A stretch of 64,000 nt of DNA from Lama guanicoe (Eukaryota). The position numbers and the translations under genes were made by a program. The stretch spans positions 7,420,773 through 7,484,772 of the forward strand of contig MU056050.1 of the NCBI GenBank assembly GCA_013239625.1. Direction: 5' to 3'. A model generated the notes under the pieces. That model saw only the letters and a program-made list of their open reading frames with translations. It did no database searches and was not told the origin of the DNA. This document shows positions 27,331-38,867 of the stretch, one piece after another (the stretch's first letter is position 1; every line of letters begins with the position of its first letter).

Positions 27331-29739
27331 GAATACCAAGTGCTCCTTGAATTCAAACTCAGCATCTCTTGAAAGGTGAAAATTAGAATATTATGTGACC
27401 AAAGTAATCCTACTGAAGTGTGTTTGAGGACTTGACTGAAGAAGAAATGGTAGGAGGACATATTATGGGGCCTTACTAGAGGACAGCTTCTACCCCAGGG
27501 AGCTCTTACTGGCAGTTGTTGCTGGCTGAAAAGAGCAGCTGGGAGCAGATGAGAAGGGCCCTTACTGGGGATTTCCCCATAGTTATCGTTCACCGTTCAC
27601 CACTGCAGCGATGTTGTTTATGTAACATTCTCTACACAGTGTTTCAACTCTTTTGAATTACAGCCAAACTTTCATTTGTGCTCTGCCTACAGATACACTT
27701 GGACAAGCCTTGTTAGTGGGTAGTCAAGGAAAGTTCTCCAGTTCCTATTCTTACATGTCATTATTGTGCTTAAGGGACCACTGAAAAACTGAGAGCCAAA
27801 AATGGGGGGCAGGGCAGAGCTAATAAAAATGATCTTTAATTTTTCTCCTAGATTGCCAATATCTTTCATCACACCTTCCACCCTAAATTGTTTTATAGTC
27901 TGTATCAGTAAAGGCAAAAAAGGACAATGAAGACTTTAGCAAAACTTTATACTTTGCAGGCAAGGAAAAGAGGAAGCAACAGTGAGGTCTGGAATACAAA
28001 TCTTTAGACATATGATCTGTCGCCACTTCTGGAAAGTAAACATTTCAGCTGTTTAAACAAACAGCAAAAGTAATTAGCTCTTTCTGTAGACTAAACTGAG
28101 GTGTATGCTGAATTTTTTTTTTAAAAAAGGGAGTCTGTTTTGATCTTCAAAAATGTCAAACTGGTAAACACTTGGCTTTTTTTTTTTTGGTACATATAAA
28201 TCTAAGAGCCAAGCCTAACTTGAGGAAGATTTAAGAGACATAAAATTTGTCTGAGGTGTCTGCCAAATCTCCACAGCAGAGACAGAAACCCTGGAAAAGC
28301 TGACATAGTCATAACTCTCACAACGTCAGCAGCAGGTTTGTGCAGGGCTGGACGTACAGAAAAGTCACTGTTCCTTCTCTCAAACTGTTTATAAACAGAG
28401 AAGTAGATGATTTGCTTATCAGCTATCTGGTAGCTCATTTTTGCCCATATATCCCACAGAGGAAAGAGACAGAGGGAGAAAAAAAAATAAATCCCTACTG
28501 GCAGGTATCCCAATTTTCAGCAGAGTAAATTTTCATTTATATGTGCCTGCTTATTGAAAACCTTCTCTGTCTTCCATTTGCTCTTGCACACTCATTCTTA
28601 TATGTACACTAGATCTGTGTCTGTCTGGAAGGCATTAAAAGGGGGGTATTTGTAAGTATCTAGTGCAGTTTCTAGTGGAGTGCTTTGCATACAGTAAGCC
28701 CACAATAATTCATCAAATGAATTAAAACTAAATCTGTAATTTCTATGTTCAACATATTTGATCTTGGAGCTGGAGAACTATACATTCTTTTTCCTAGAGT
28801 ATTTAACAGTGAGAATTCCTTACAAGGTGACAATATTTTATTCAGATAATTCATGCTTAGGACTTCTATCCTTTAAAGAGCATCCATTTTTGTACAATGG
28901 GTATTGTTTGTAAGCAAAATGAAGGAAAGACCACAAGGTAGAATCCTGAATGACAACATGAACACTGATACATTTTTGTAGAGAAAATCAGATATCTTAT
29001 ATTCACCTGATTGTATGTCATTATGGTAATCCACTACGTATGTCTAAGATCACTTAACAATCAAGAATATGGTGCACGCATGGGCTGCATTCTGTAAATA
29101 GGATTTACAGTTGAATTCAACCAAGGTCCTCCCTGGGGACAGATCGCTAGAAAATATATCTACATGACATTTAAAAAAATAAATTAACCAATGACATTGG
29201 CTCCCATGAGACACATTGTTTCTTGTACATTCAATTCTATCACAGTATTCTGTAGCTCTCTGCTGACATCCCCATCCCAAAAGATATAAAATTTCAAAAC
29301 AGAAAGAAAAACAGAGCAATTGGAGCTCTTCTGTTTCTCCTGCATGAAGTGTTATATACACAAAGGAAAGATTTCTGTACATTAACACAATGTGAACAGT
29401 GACATGGTGAGATCATGCCGGTCTGGACTGTTCTTGCTATGCTGTGGTCACTTACAACTTGCCCAAGGGAATGAACAAAGTCTGTGTGCGTACTGACAAA
29501 GACTGGCAGGGGCTGCAGGAAAATGAAGAGAGCTGTATTATGGTGGGGGTGGGGGGAATTGACTTTCTCTTTAAAAAATGTTCTTTATTATGGTTACTTT
29601 TCTTCCCATTTTTATTTATTTTACTTTTCCTCATCTGTAAAATAGGGATAACTATTGTATGTATTTAACATTTTTACTCTGAGGATGAAATGAAGCACTG
29701 GTGGATTGCCTGGAACACAATAGTTAACCCATACAATCC

Positions 29740-32620
29740 ACATCGATACTTGGTTAGCATTAGACACCTATTATGTGCCAGGCACTGGCCTAAGACTCTT
29801 AGAAAAAGTAAATTGTTGGAGGAAAAAGTGACGCTGGAAAGAAAAGCAAGAAGCTGATTTTCAAAGGTTTTATAAAGCAGTCTAAGAAATTTGGATTTTA
29901 TCTCAAGGACAATGGACAGCCTTTGAATTATTTTATATACAGCTAGATAGCTCTAGACTTGGGATTAGGAAACATCATTTATTCTGTCAGCATTGGTGCA
30001 GAAAGGATTGGAAGGGAGGCAGGAGGGAGGTAGTAGTAACCCTGGGTAGAAGGTATATGTGTGTTCTGGGTAGGTGTGCTCCAAACTAAGGCAATGGTAA
30101 TAGGGATGGACAGGGGGAAAACATTTTTAGTAACTCTGAAAAATGTACAAATATATCATTATAGAGGATTATGAAAAATAGGGAAAAAGGTAAAAGTAGA
30201 ACTCATGTAATCTTTCTATTCATAGGAAAACTCTATTAATAATCTTTTTTGTTTAACATTACAGGACTTTTCCTATATATGTGCACACAGATGTGTGTGG
30301 GGGGTGCATATACGATATATATTTGTGTGTGTGTTCAAACTGGGATCTGTCAGCTTTATAACCTGAATTTTCTCTTAATATATCATAAACTTCTTTTCAC
30401 ATCATTAAATATCCTTGGTAACATCAGTTTACATGGTTACTTAGTAATCCACAGATGTCCCATAATTGATTTAATTCAAACCTCTAGTATTGGACATTTA
30501 AAATGTTATTTTTCTCTTTTTCTTCCTTCCTTTCTTTCTTTTTTTTTTTTGCTTTCGTTATTATAAACAATTCTGGGATAGACATCCTGGGAGCCAAATT
30601 TTTAGAAACATCACATTCGTTTCCTCAGCATAGAGCCCTAGAAGTTAAAGGTTGAAAGCTATGTTCAATTTTAAGATTTTTTGATACATATTGACAAATT
30701 CTTTCCAGAAGGGCTATATCAAATTACAGTCCCACTAGCAGTGTCTATGTGAGGAGGAGACCCATTTCAGAGTGATTTCAAAGATGTAGACAACTGGATT
30801 TGGTGGGTGGAGAAGAGGGATGGATCCTTGGCAAAGTATCAGGGCAGGAGCAATGTGAACTCTGTCAGGAGGAACAAAGCAATGGGCAGGCCTAAGGAAC
30901 AGGTGGCTGGGTGAACAAATGAGGAAAAAGAGATAAGACAATCAGAAGAGACTGGACAAAAATGAAAAAAAAATAAAAGAAACTTCTAGTGAAGTTATAT
31001 ACCCAGGTCACTTGAATTTACTGCTTTACTCTGCAAAAGGAGCAAATGTAGCAAATAGCTAATCTTTTTGTAGCATTTGATACTCTGTGATACCAAGATC
31101 CAGAATTATATTAATGTGAATATGCTGATGTATTCTTTTCATCCAATCACCACTTATTAGATGTCTACCATGTACCTTTCTGGATGCTTTGAGTGTTGAG
31201 ATAAATGAAACCCTCAAGGAGCTTGCAGTCTAGGGGAGAGACAGACACATCCACAGACCAATACATTATGGTGTGGTACAGGCTAGAAGAGAGGTAAGTG
31301 CAGGGTCCTGTGGAATACTGCTTCGTGTGTGCATGCATGTGGGTGTGTGGTGGAGGGAGGGGGAGTTGCAGGAAAGGCTTCACAGAGGTGTTGATATTTG
31401 AGCTGAGTCTTAAAGGAGTTTCTCAGATAGCTAAGGATCACAGATCATACTCCTCGTATATTTGTGCCACTGCTCTCAAGGACACTCAGTAAGGCCATGA
31501 GGATGCTCATATGTAATCTAAACCCATTCATGACAAGAGCCTCCACTGCTACCTTAATGGATATATATATATATATATACATAGCCTGATTTAGGCAATG
31601 ATACGCTCATTTTTGCACAAAAAGGGTAACAGGCAAGTGGCATACAAGCTTTTAAAAACTATTCAAATAACACTGATAAAATAATAATATTCAAGTCTAC
31701 CAAGTCCTACAAATTCTACCTCCTAAATGTCTTTCAACTCTGTTCCCTCCTCTCATATGTTGCTCCCTCAAGTCCCAATTTTCTCTCTGTAGAATGGAGT
31801 ACTAGCCTCCTAACTGGTCATGTCCCCTTCCGGTGCATCCTAAAATGAACACCTGATCACAGCACCCCTCTTTTAAAATATTTTAATTTTTTTTTTACTG
31901 CTTACAAGTAGTACTTTCCAGATGTCAGTCATTTGAGTAGTCTTGCTGATTTTTCCATATTCACACACCATGGGTACTTTTACTTAATATTTCTCTTAAA
32001 ATCAACTTAAAACTGGTTAACTTTATATTTTCACTAAGCCATATCCTAAGTGACCTTAGATTTGATGATGTAATTCAGTTTTATGTTTGCAAGCCACATT
32101 AGAATATATAATAAATAAAACTTTAAATGTTTGTGGGAGTACAACATAACTACCAGTGGTAGATGCCCGACATTGTGAAAAACACTGGCTTACCTGAGCA
32201 CATCCAAATTTCTTATCGTTGTGTTCAAAGTTCTTCACAAATCAGCTCCGACCTATCTTTCCAGACTCTTCCACCATTATATCTTCCTTTTCCCAAACAA
32301 TCTGTAGCCCAGCCATGCTGAATTCTTCAACACTGAATGGAGATGCCTTGCTCTTATAAAATCCCATGTCTTTCACAGGCTGCTCCCTCCACCTGCAATG
32401 CCTCCCCTCTACTCTTCTCTGCCTGGCAAACTTATTATCCTTCAAGACCTATCTGTCATGTCAGCTACTCACAAAAGCCTTCTTCCTGACTCTCCCTCAA
32501 AGTTAGTTGCTCCTTCCTTCATCCTCCCATAGCACTTTGCACCTGTCTCTGTTATACTAACTACTACATTATTTCAAAATGATGGGCATCTATCACCGAA
32601 ACTAAACATAGGGAGAGTTC
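29740..32620. mobile_element. Cluster of L2 fragments, a minus-strand L1ME remnant (~30130-30750) and a hAT MITE (~31910-32190)
   Basis: L2 motifs in both orientations; TTGGACATTTAAAATGTT (L1); MITE end TGTGAAAAACACTG. Confidence 0.55.
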
Positions 32621-33019
32621 ACACCATGTACTCTGTTATTTTCCCAATACTTCATGTGGAGCAAAGGTCATGGAGAAGACCAAGTGCCCCTGAAGGTCAC
32701 TTAAAATAATGGTTAAAATAAAACCCAAAGTACTGTCCAGGTCCAAACAGCTTAGAGGTATGACATGTTTTATAAAGAGAATCATCTAATTTAGATATAG
32801 TGATACTGACTATAGTTTTGACAGACTCAATTAGCTATGGCTGCAATACCAGGTAAGCTAATTTGGTTTTGGCAGCTACTTTACAGCAGACACATACTGA
32901 CGTAGAAACTAAAAGTGAATCATTTGGGTTTTTGCCAAGACGATCAAGTATATCTCACAATAATCTCTCCTTACTACAAATGGAAAGTCAACAACAAAAG
33001 TGAACAGTAGGACCAGCAA

Positions 33020-33255
33020 ACCACGGTGGAGAGAGCATGGGCTCTGGATTCAGAAATCTATACGCCCAAACCCCAACTTAACTTCTTACAACCCATATGA
33101 CTTTAGGTAGGTTGTTTAACTTCTCTGTTTTAGTTTCCTCTTCTAGAAAAATGGGAAGAATAGTACCTACTTCATAAGACTCAGGATAATGCAACAAAGT
33201 GCTTATGATAGAGCCTGGAGCATTTTACGGGCTCAATAAATAGCAATCATTATTG
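33020..33255 (+). mobile_element. MIR SINE
   Basis: TTTAACTTCTCTGTTTTAGTTTCCTCTTCTAGAAAAATGGG ... GCTCAATAAAT. Confidence 0.75.
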
Positions 33256-34755
33256 TTGCCCAATGAAATGACTACAACTCAGATACTATGATACACAAGG
33301 ATAGCAAATGCATTTCTTAAGAAAATAAATTTATATCACCAGGCTTTAAAAATGACAACTATAAAGTGTAGCTCAGAATAGCCACAAACAAAACAGTCTA
33401 GAAGACAAAATTCTTCTTGGGTTTAAATTAAACTCACACCTGGAACATACCACCACACTTCTTTGTGTTCTCCAAGAATTGATCTCAAATCAGGTTCCCC
33501 TAGGATGAAAAAACAAAAATCACCCAATCTTAATTTTTTTTGTTTTTAACTTTATTTGATACAGAATAATATCCAAACTATGTGAATACTTTAAAGTGTC
33601 CTATTATTATGATCCCAAGCTTTTCAACAGTATTTCTTTCCCAATCTATATCTGCTGACACGTTTTACTCCAGTCAGGGAAGCCCACCTGTTATACAAGT
33701 GCTCCCTCTTCTATCCACCTTTTTCCAAATCCCCTTCACTCCTTTGAAACCCAAATTAAAATTCTTCTCCTTCCCAGAGCCTACCAGGATTGGTCTGGAA
33801 GCTAGATGAGTTTAAAGCCTTCAGCATTTTCAGGGTTAGGTTTAACTTTCCATAGATCAACCCCCCCCACCCTATCAGTAACCCCTTCCACTAACCCTTA
33901 AGCACTTTTTGAACGCGTTTGTAATAATAAAATAAGACAGCCGTGTTTTGCACGGTCTACTTTATTCTGTAGTTGGTGTACCGCCTAAATATTTAACATC
34001 AATGCTTGCCGAAAAGCCCTAAAGCGCTGGGTTTTTAAAAATAGGTCTAACTTGACTTTTGTTCTCACCAGAAAACTGCACTGAACCTTAAATACATATT
34101 TCTCAAAAGGGAGATTTCTTCCCTCATCTGTTCCCATCCCTTCAGAAAATAGAGGGGAAACCCTTTCCACTCCAGAGACGTGGTAGGGGAAAGGGCAAGT
34201 AGCTGGAGGGGCCAGTCAAGAGATGGGGACGATCTTGATCAAGGAGGCAGAAAATAAAAAAGTTGACAGAAAGTCACGCCTGGGACGTGGCAAGGAATTC
34301 CCACGCTCCCAAGGGAAATGAGGAGTGCGTGCATTGGGAGGGGTGTGCGCCCAGACCTGAAACGTAAATTGAGAAAAGCGAGGAAGATCACTCAATTCCT
34401 CTGAACAGTAATACGAGTCCAGACACTAGGGAAGACCCTGGTTGAGAACCCTAACTTCAGACGTCTGAGGAGGCACAAGGCCAGAATGGGGGACATGGGG
34501 TGGCTTCGTGAGAAAAAACACAGCGGGCAGATTTCAGAAAAAAGAGAAAAAAGCACGCGCTCCCGAGGCTCCAGGGAACAGGCGCGGCGAGCTCGGAAGC
34601 CCACCCGGACTCGGGGCCCAACACCCCTTTTCCCGCGGAGGCGGAGCTGGGCGGAGTCAGGGCTGAGGCTCGCGGCCCCGGAAGCACCCTCCTCCCTAGG
34701 CCTCTCAGTCCCACAGTCCCCAGCCGCAGCCGCTTAGGCTTTCTGCCTCTCTGAC

Positions 34756-34910
34756 CTCCAGCTCCCCGGCTACCGAAGCGCTACTCCTTATAGAGCCGCG
34801 GAAAATCGGGGCGATGCGGCAGCTTCCGGTCGGGCTGTGGCCTGGCGGCGCCCCAAGCCAAGCGACTGTCTTCCGAACTTCCCGCCTGGCGCTGCCGGCT
34901 TAGGCCCGGC
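34756..34910 (-). other. TMLHE: Candidate non-coding first exon of a minus-strand gene, tentatively TMLHE (trimethyllysine hydroxylase); TSS approximate
   Basis: Minus strand reads ...TAGCGCTTCGGTAGCCGGGGAGCTGGAG|GTCAGA (donor at 34755), with CCAAT and ZNF143 motifs upstream. The gene name rests only on my recollection of the TMLHE 5' UTR and its long intron 1; no coding exon is in the window. Confidence 0.45.
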
Positions 34911-35009
34911 GCCCGGCGGGAGGCTGGGCTCTCCCCTACACCGTGGCCGCTGCGGCGTCTCCTATTGGCTATCGGTCACCAGAGAAGCCGGAGGCCCGAC
35001 CCTTGTCCT

Positions 35010-35026
35010 CATGGGAAATGTAGTTT
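35010..35026 (-). promoter_or_regulatory. ZNF143-associated motif (ACTACAnnTCCCA)
   Basis: Minus strand AAACTACATTTCCCATG matches the motif known to be enriched at bidirectional promoters. Confidence 0.8.
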
Positions 35027-35948
35027 GAGGTCGCTGGGGGCTGTTCTTCCTGCGGGTGGGGGAGTGGAATCCACTGTTGGCATTGGGGGAGAGACTCAAG
35101 TGAAGACAGAGGATTGTGGGAGATGGAGTCGAGACACTACTTTTTAATACCCACAATTCCTCCCCTCTCGCCCTCCCTTCCCCCCCCCCACCGCTTCCCT
35201 TCCCCCAACGCAGCCCCCTCGCCCAGTTCCTATCGTCCCCAGAGTTTCGGCTCGAGGAGGGTATTCTGGATGTTGTAGTTTGGAGTGTGCTGTCTTACAG
35301 AATCTCCCTTCTTGGGGTATGGGGTTGTGCTTGTGGGGGCAGATGAAGGTTCTAGATTGATTTTACTGTTGCTTAAACGATTAGAATTTGGGGGGAAGCA
35401 CGTTATATCGTGATTTGAAATTCTCATTGAGTTTTGATTTAGTGGCTTTTAAAAAAATGTTATGTTCTGAGAGGCTTAAAATTTTAACTAGTCCTCTAAA
35501 ATTGTCAGATTGTGTTCTGTGTGAATCATCTGCATTAGAATGACTTTAAGGTTCTGGGAAAAATGTGTATTTTGTTTCTTATTAGGAATCATCTTTTTCT
35601 TTTGAAATGGTGTCACAACAGGCATAGAAATGTGATTGAAGCCAGCCCAGAAAAAACCTGTTTAACCCATGATGAAGCCAATTTTTTTTTGTTGCTATAA
35701 AGAACAGTGGCCACAGTCATTGGTGTAATGCAGCAGTTTAGAACAGATAGACAGTACAACTTGAATAATAAGAAATAAGTATATTTCTTTAAGAAGCTAT
35801 CTTTTTAGTAAAAAATACATTAAAAGAGGAGGATAAAGAAATACGTGGGAACACCTAAGCACTTTCAGGTGATTAAAAGGTTGAAAAAAGTGGTTGTTTA
35901 TTAGGGCTAATTTCACTCCTAACTTTTGGCTTTTCTTTTCTTTGCTAG

Positions 35949-36070
35949 AGATGAATCCTTATAGCTGAATGGATCGTTACAGTTGGGTTACTACAATTTT
36001 ACTGATAAGGACAACTTTTTGACTCACAAATGGAATGAAGGGAAAGAAAGAGGAATTACGTTTTGCTAAG
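35949..36070 (+). other. Candidate spliced exon (122 nt) of a divergent non-coding transcript
   Basis: Branch-like CCTAAC 35918-35923, tract TTTTGGCTTTTCTTTTCTTTGCTAG|, donor AAG|GTAATT. Confidence 0.4.
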
Positions 36071-36109
36071 GTAATTGCCTAACATTTAAAAAAGTGATGT
36101 GAAGGAAAA

Positions 36110-37300
36110 AGAGGACTTAATAGATTCAGTAAATTATTTAGCAAACTGCTTTGTGCAGGGTACTGGTTTAGACTCAATTGTTACAGAATTGGAAAGTAGT
36201 CACTCCTCTCAAGTAGTTCAGAATCTAAGAAGGAAGCTAGTGTGCTCTAAAAAGTTCTATATAGAGTTCTGTAGGACCGTAAAAGAGAAAGAACTCATTC
36301 CACTTATGGAGAAAGCAATGCTTGAATGATGATGCTTGAAGAACCAGTAAGATATTTGTCAGATTTGGGAGAGGGAGGTTAATCATATTCCATACAGAGA
36401 AATAAGGATGTGAGAGAGTGCAGGAAACAAACAAACAAAAAAGTTCTCTACTGCAGGAACTAGATTGGACAGGAATAGCTGGCCATTCTAATGAGTTCAA
36501 AATATAACCTGAAAGCAATAAAGAACCATCAAAGAACTTTAAGCAAGGAAATGATATGATAAGATGGATTTGATGATAATTTGGATATGGAAAGGGGAGG
36601 AAAGGAAGGCGTACAGTGTGACTTCCAAGTTCTGATGTGGAAGAGTGAATGGTAGTAATTTGTTAAGATAGGGAACCCAGGGAGAGTAGCGAATTTGTGA
36701 AGGATAGGAGGAACTCAGTTTGGGACATTTAAAAATTTGAGGAGTCGGTGGAACATTTGTGTGGAGATGCCTGATAGGCTGCAAAGAAAGGTGGGTCTGA
36801 AACAGAGGAGAGAGGTCTGGGTTGGAATGAAACACTTGGGAGACATCAGTAATAGACGATAATTAAATAAGTAAATATGGATTAAATGTCATATAGAGAG
36901 AGTTCAGAATGGTAATTTTTAAAGGGATGAAGATTAGTATGGAACCCTAGAAAAGAACGATACTCAAGTAGGTAGAGGAAGAGATTCTTCAAAAGAAGCT
37001 GAGAAGGAATGGCCTAATAGATGAACCAACAGAAAACAAAGTATAATCACTGGAATACTGTACAGAGAGGTCAAATAAGAAGACAAAAAAATAACAAGTA
37101 CTGCTCATTCATCCAGTAAACAAATATTTATTGAGTACCTACAACATTCCATGCACCTCTATTCCATGCATACTTGAGAATAGAGGAGGAGAGGAGAAAA
37201 AAAACAGACAACATCCCTTCCCTTTGGAGTTTAGTAGGAAGAAATAATCAATAAATATGATTAATAATGAAAATATGTAGCAGTGACAATATTTCTACAA
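36110..37300 (-). mobile_element. L2 LINE fragments
   Basis: Purine-rich antisense L2; AAATATTTATTGAGTACCTAC at ~37121. Confidence 0.75.
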
Positions 37301-37324
37301 AGCTTTTTGGGATGTGTATGTTAG

Positions 37325-38440
37325 TAGGCCAAGGTTAAGTCTTAAGAACCAGTGTATAGCTGAAGTCATGGTCAGGGTTCAGGTTTATAATGTGGAATGT
37401 GTTTGGCTTCAATCTTTGGTTTAGATTGTCTTAGTCAGTCTGTTGCTATCTTTACAAGTCAGTGTGGATCCATGGTTAGAGCACCATGGAACCAAATTTA
37501 GAGCTCAGCCATTATCAATGTTTGGCTCCACTGTTACAGCCATGGTTCATTCTGTAACAAGGATCAGCAAATTTCTGACTTGTGTAAAAGCTCACTCTGA
37601 GGCTGCCTTTGGTCCAGTGTGGCCTGGATTATACTCATTGTGAAGTCAATGTACAAGATTTGGGTTCAAATTTTGGCCAGTATTAGGATTGAGTTTATAT
37701 AAGAGAGGCCTTATTCTGAGATCAGTGCTAAGGCTCAGTCTGTGGAACAGCCTTAGAAAGACCAAATCCAGAGTTAGGGCTCTGCTCAAGGTTTGATGTT
37801 ACTTTTTGGCCAGTGTTGGAATCACTTTCATTTCTAGGTTTGGGAATCAATCAAAGGTTAGTCGAGATTACAGTTCATACTGATTGTGTGGCCTGGGGAA
37901 AGGCTACATAAGAATTTGAATTATGGTTCAAAAGGACTGTGTTCACTGTTCTACCAGGTGAAGTTTTAATTAGTGTTCATGGTTAAAGTTTATTCTTGGT
38001 CCAGCATTAGGCCTCTGTCTGTAACTAGTGTTAATGCACAGTAAGTGTCTAAGTTTAATATTCAGTCTGTTGCCATGTTAAGATATTACCTGTGATTTGC
38101 CCTAGTTCTGTTTCAGAGTGAAGTTAGCATTTCATCTATGGACGATATTAGAGTATAATATGTGGCCAGGATTTCCACTATGAATAGGAACAGAATCGGG
38201 GATGCATGTTGGGCCAAAGTAAGTCTAAGGTGTGGTTTCCGACTTTAGTCAGCGTCAGGGCTCTGTCTTTGCTCATATCTGGAATGCTGTGGAGGTAGGT
38301 CAGTGGCCCGTATTATACCTCATTCTGCAGCCAGAGCATGGTTCAGAGACCTATGTTAGGATTTCAGTTGGCCTGTGTCAAAATTGATTTTACTAGTAGT
38401 AGTCCCATTTTGACTTTGTGTGGAGTTTCTGTTCACTCAG
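37325..38440 (+). repeat. Degenerate 24-bp tandem array, block 1
   Basis: In-register units, e.g. CAGCATTAGGCCTCTGTCTGTAAC / TAGTGTTAATGCACAGTAAGTGTC / TAAGTTTAATATTCAGTCTGTTGC (38002-38073). Confidence 0.7.
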
Positions 38441-38659
38441 TGTCAGTGTTATTGCTATCTGATTAAGCTTTTAATTCTATGAACATTCTGGTTTATATAA
38501 TTCCTATATTGTTGCATACACGATCCACTTACTGTTGCTTACTTAGACACTTGAAGGAGGCTTATAATTATTAGTAGCTGGATTGAGTGTTGAGACAATA
38601 ATTTGTCAAACATTTTTAGATAAGTTCTTTAATAATGATATTAATTTTAGAGAACTCCT

Positions 38660-38866
38660 GCTGTAGCAAATACTGTTGATTGATTAACCCAGAACATTAT
38701 AAGCACGACTTTTCCTTATCCTTCTCAAAATATAGACTCTAAAAGCTAACACTACTTTTCTCAGGTGCTTTTTCATCAATGAGGCACAAAAAGAAATATG
38801 CTTTGACTTAAGGAAAAGTTTATTTTCCTAATTAAAGGGACATAAATCATAAGCAGTGTCCCTTCT
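38660..38866. mobile_element. Old ERVL/MaLR-type LTR fragment
   Basis: TGTAGCAAATACTGTTGATTG start and GGAAAAGTTTTATTTTCCTAATTAAAGGGAC resemble LTR16/LTR33/MLT1 consensus; weak. Confidence 0.35.
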
Positions 38867-38867
38867 G

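Larger units (their letters stand above)
34270..35260. promoter_or_regulatory. CpG-island promoter, probably bidirectional
   Basis: Only CpG-dense, GC-rich segment in the window. Motifs: GC box GGGCGGAG 34649-34656, ETS CTTCCGGT 34823-34830, E2F-like TTCCCGCC 34879-34886, ATTGG (CCAAT on minus) 34964-34968. Confidence 0.9.

Noticed and set aside
1..34755. TMLHE coding exon 2 (MWYHRL...) or intronic miRNA/snoRNA genes
   Set aside because: I could not find matching sequence by eye. An Rfam/Infernal scan is needed to exclude small RNAs.
34392..35156. Overlapping ORFs in the CpG island
   Set aside because: Expected from stop-codon scarcity in GC-rich DNA, with no recognisable product.
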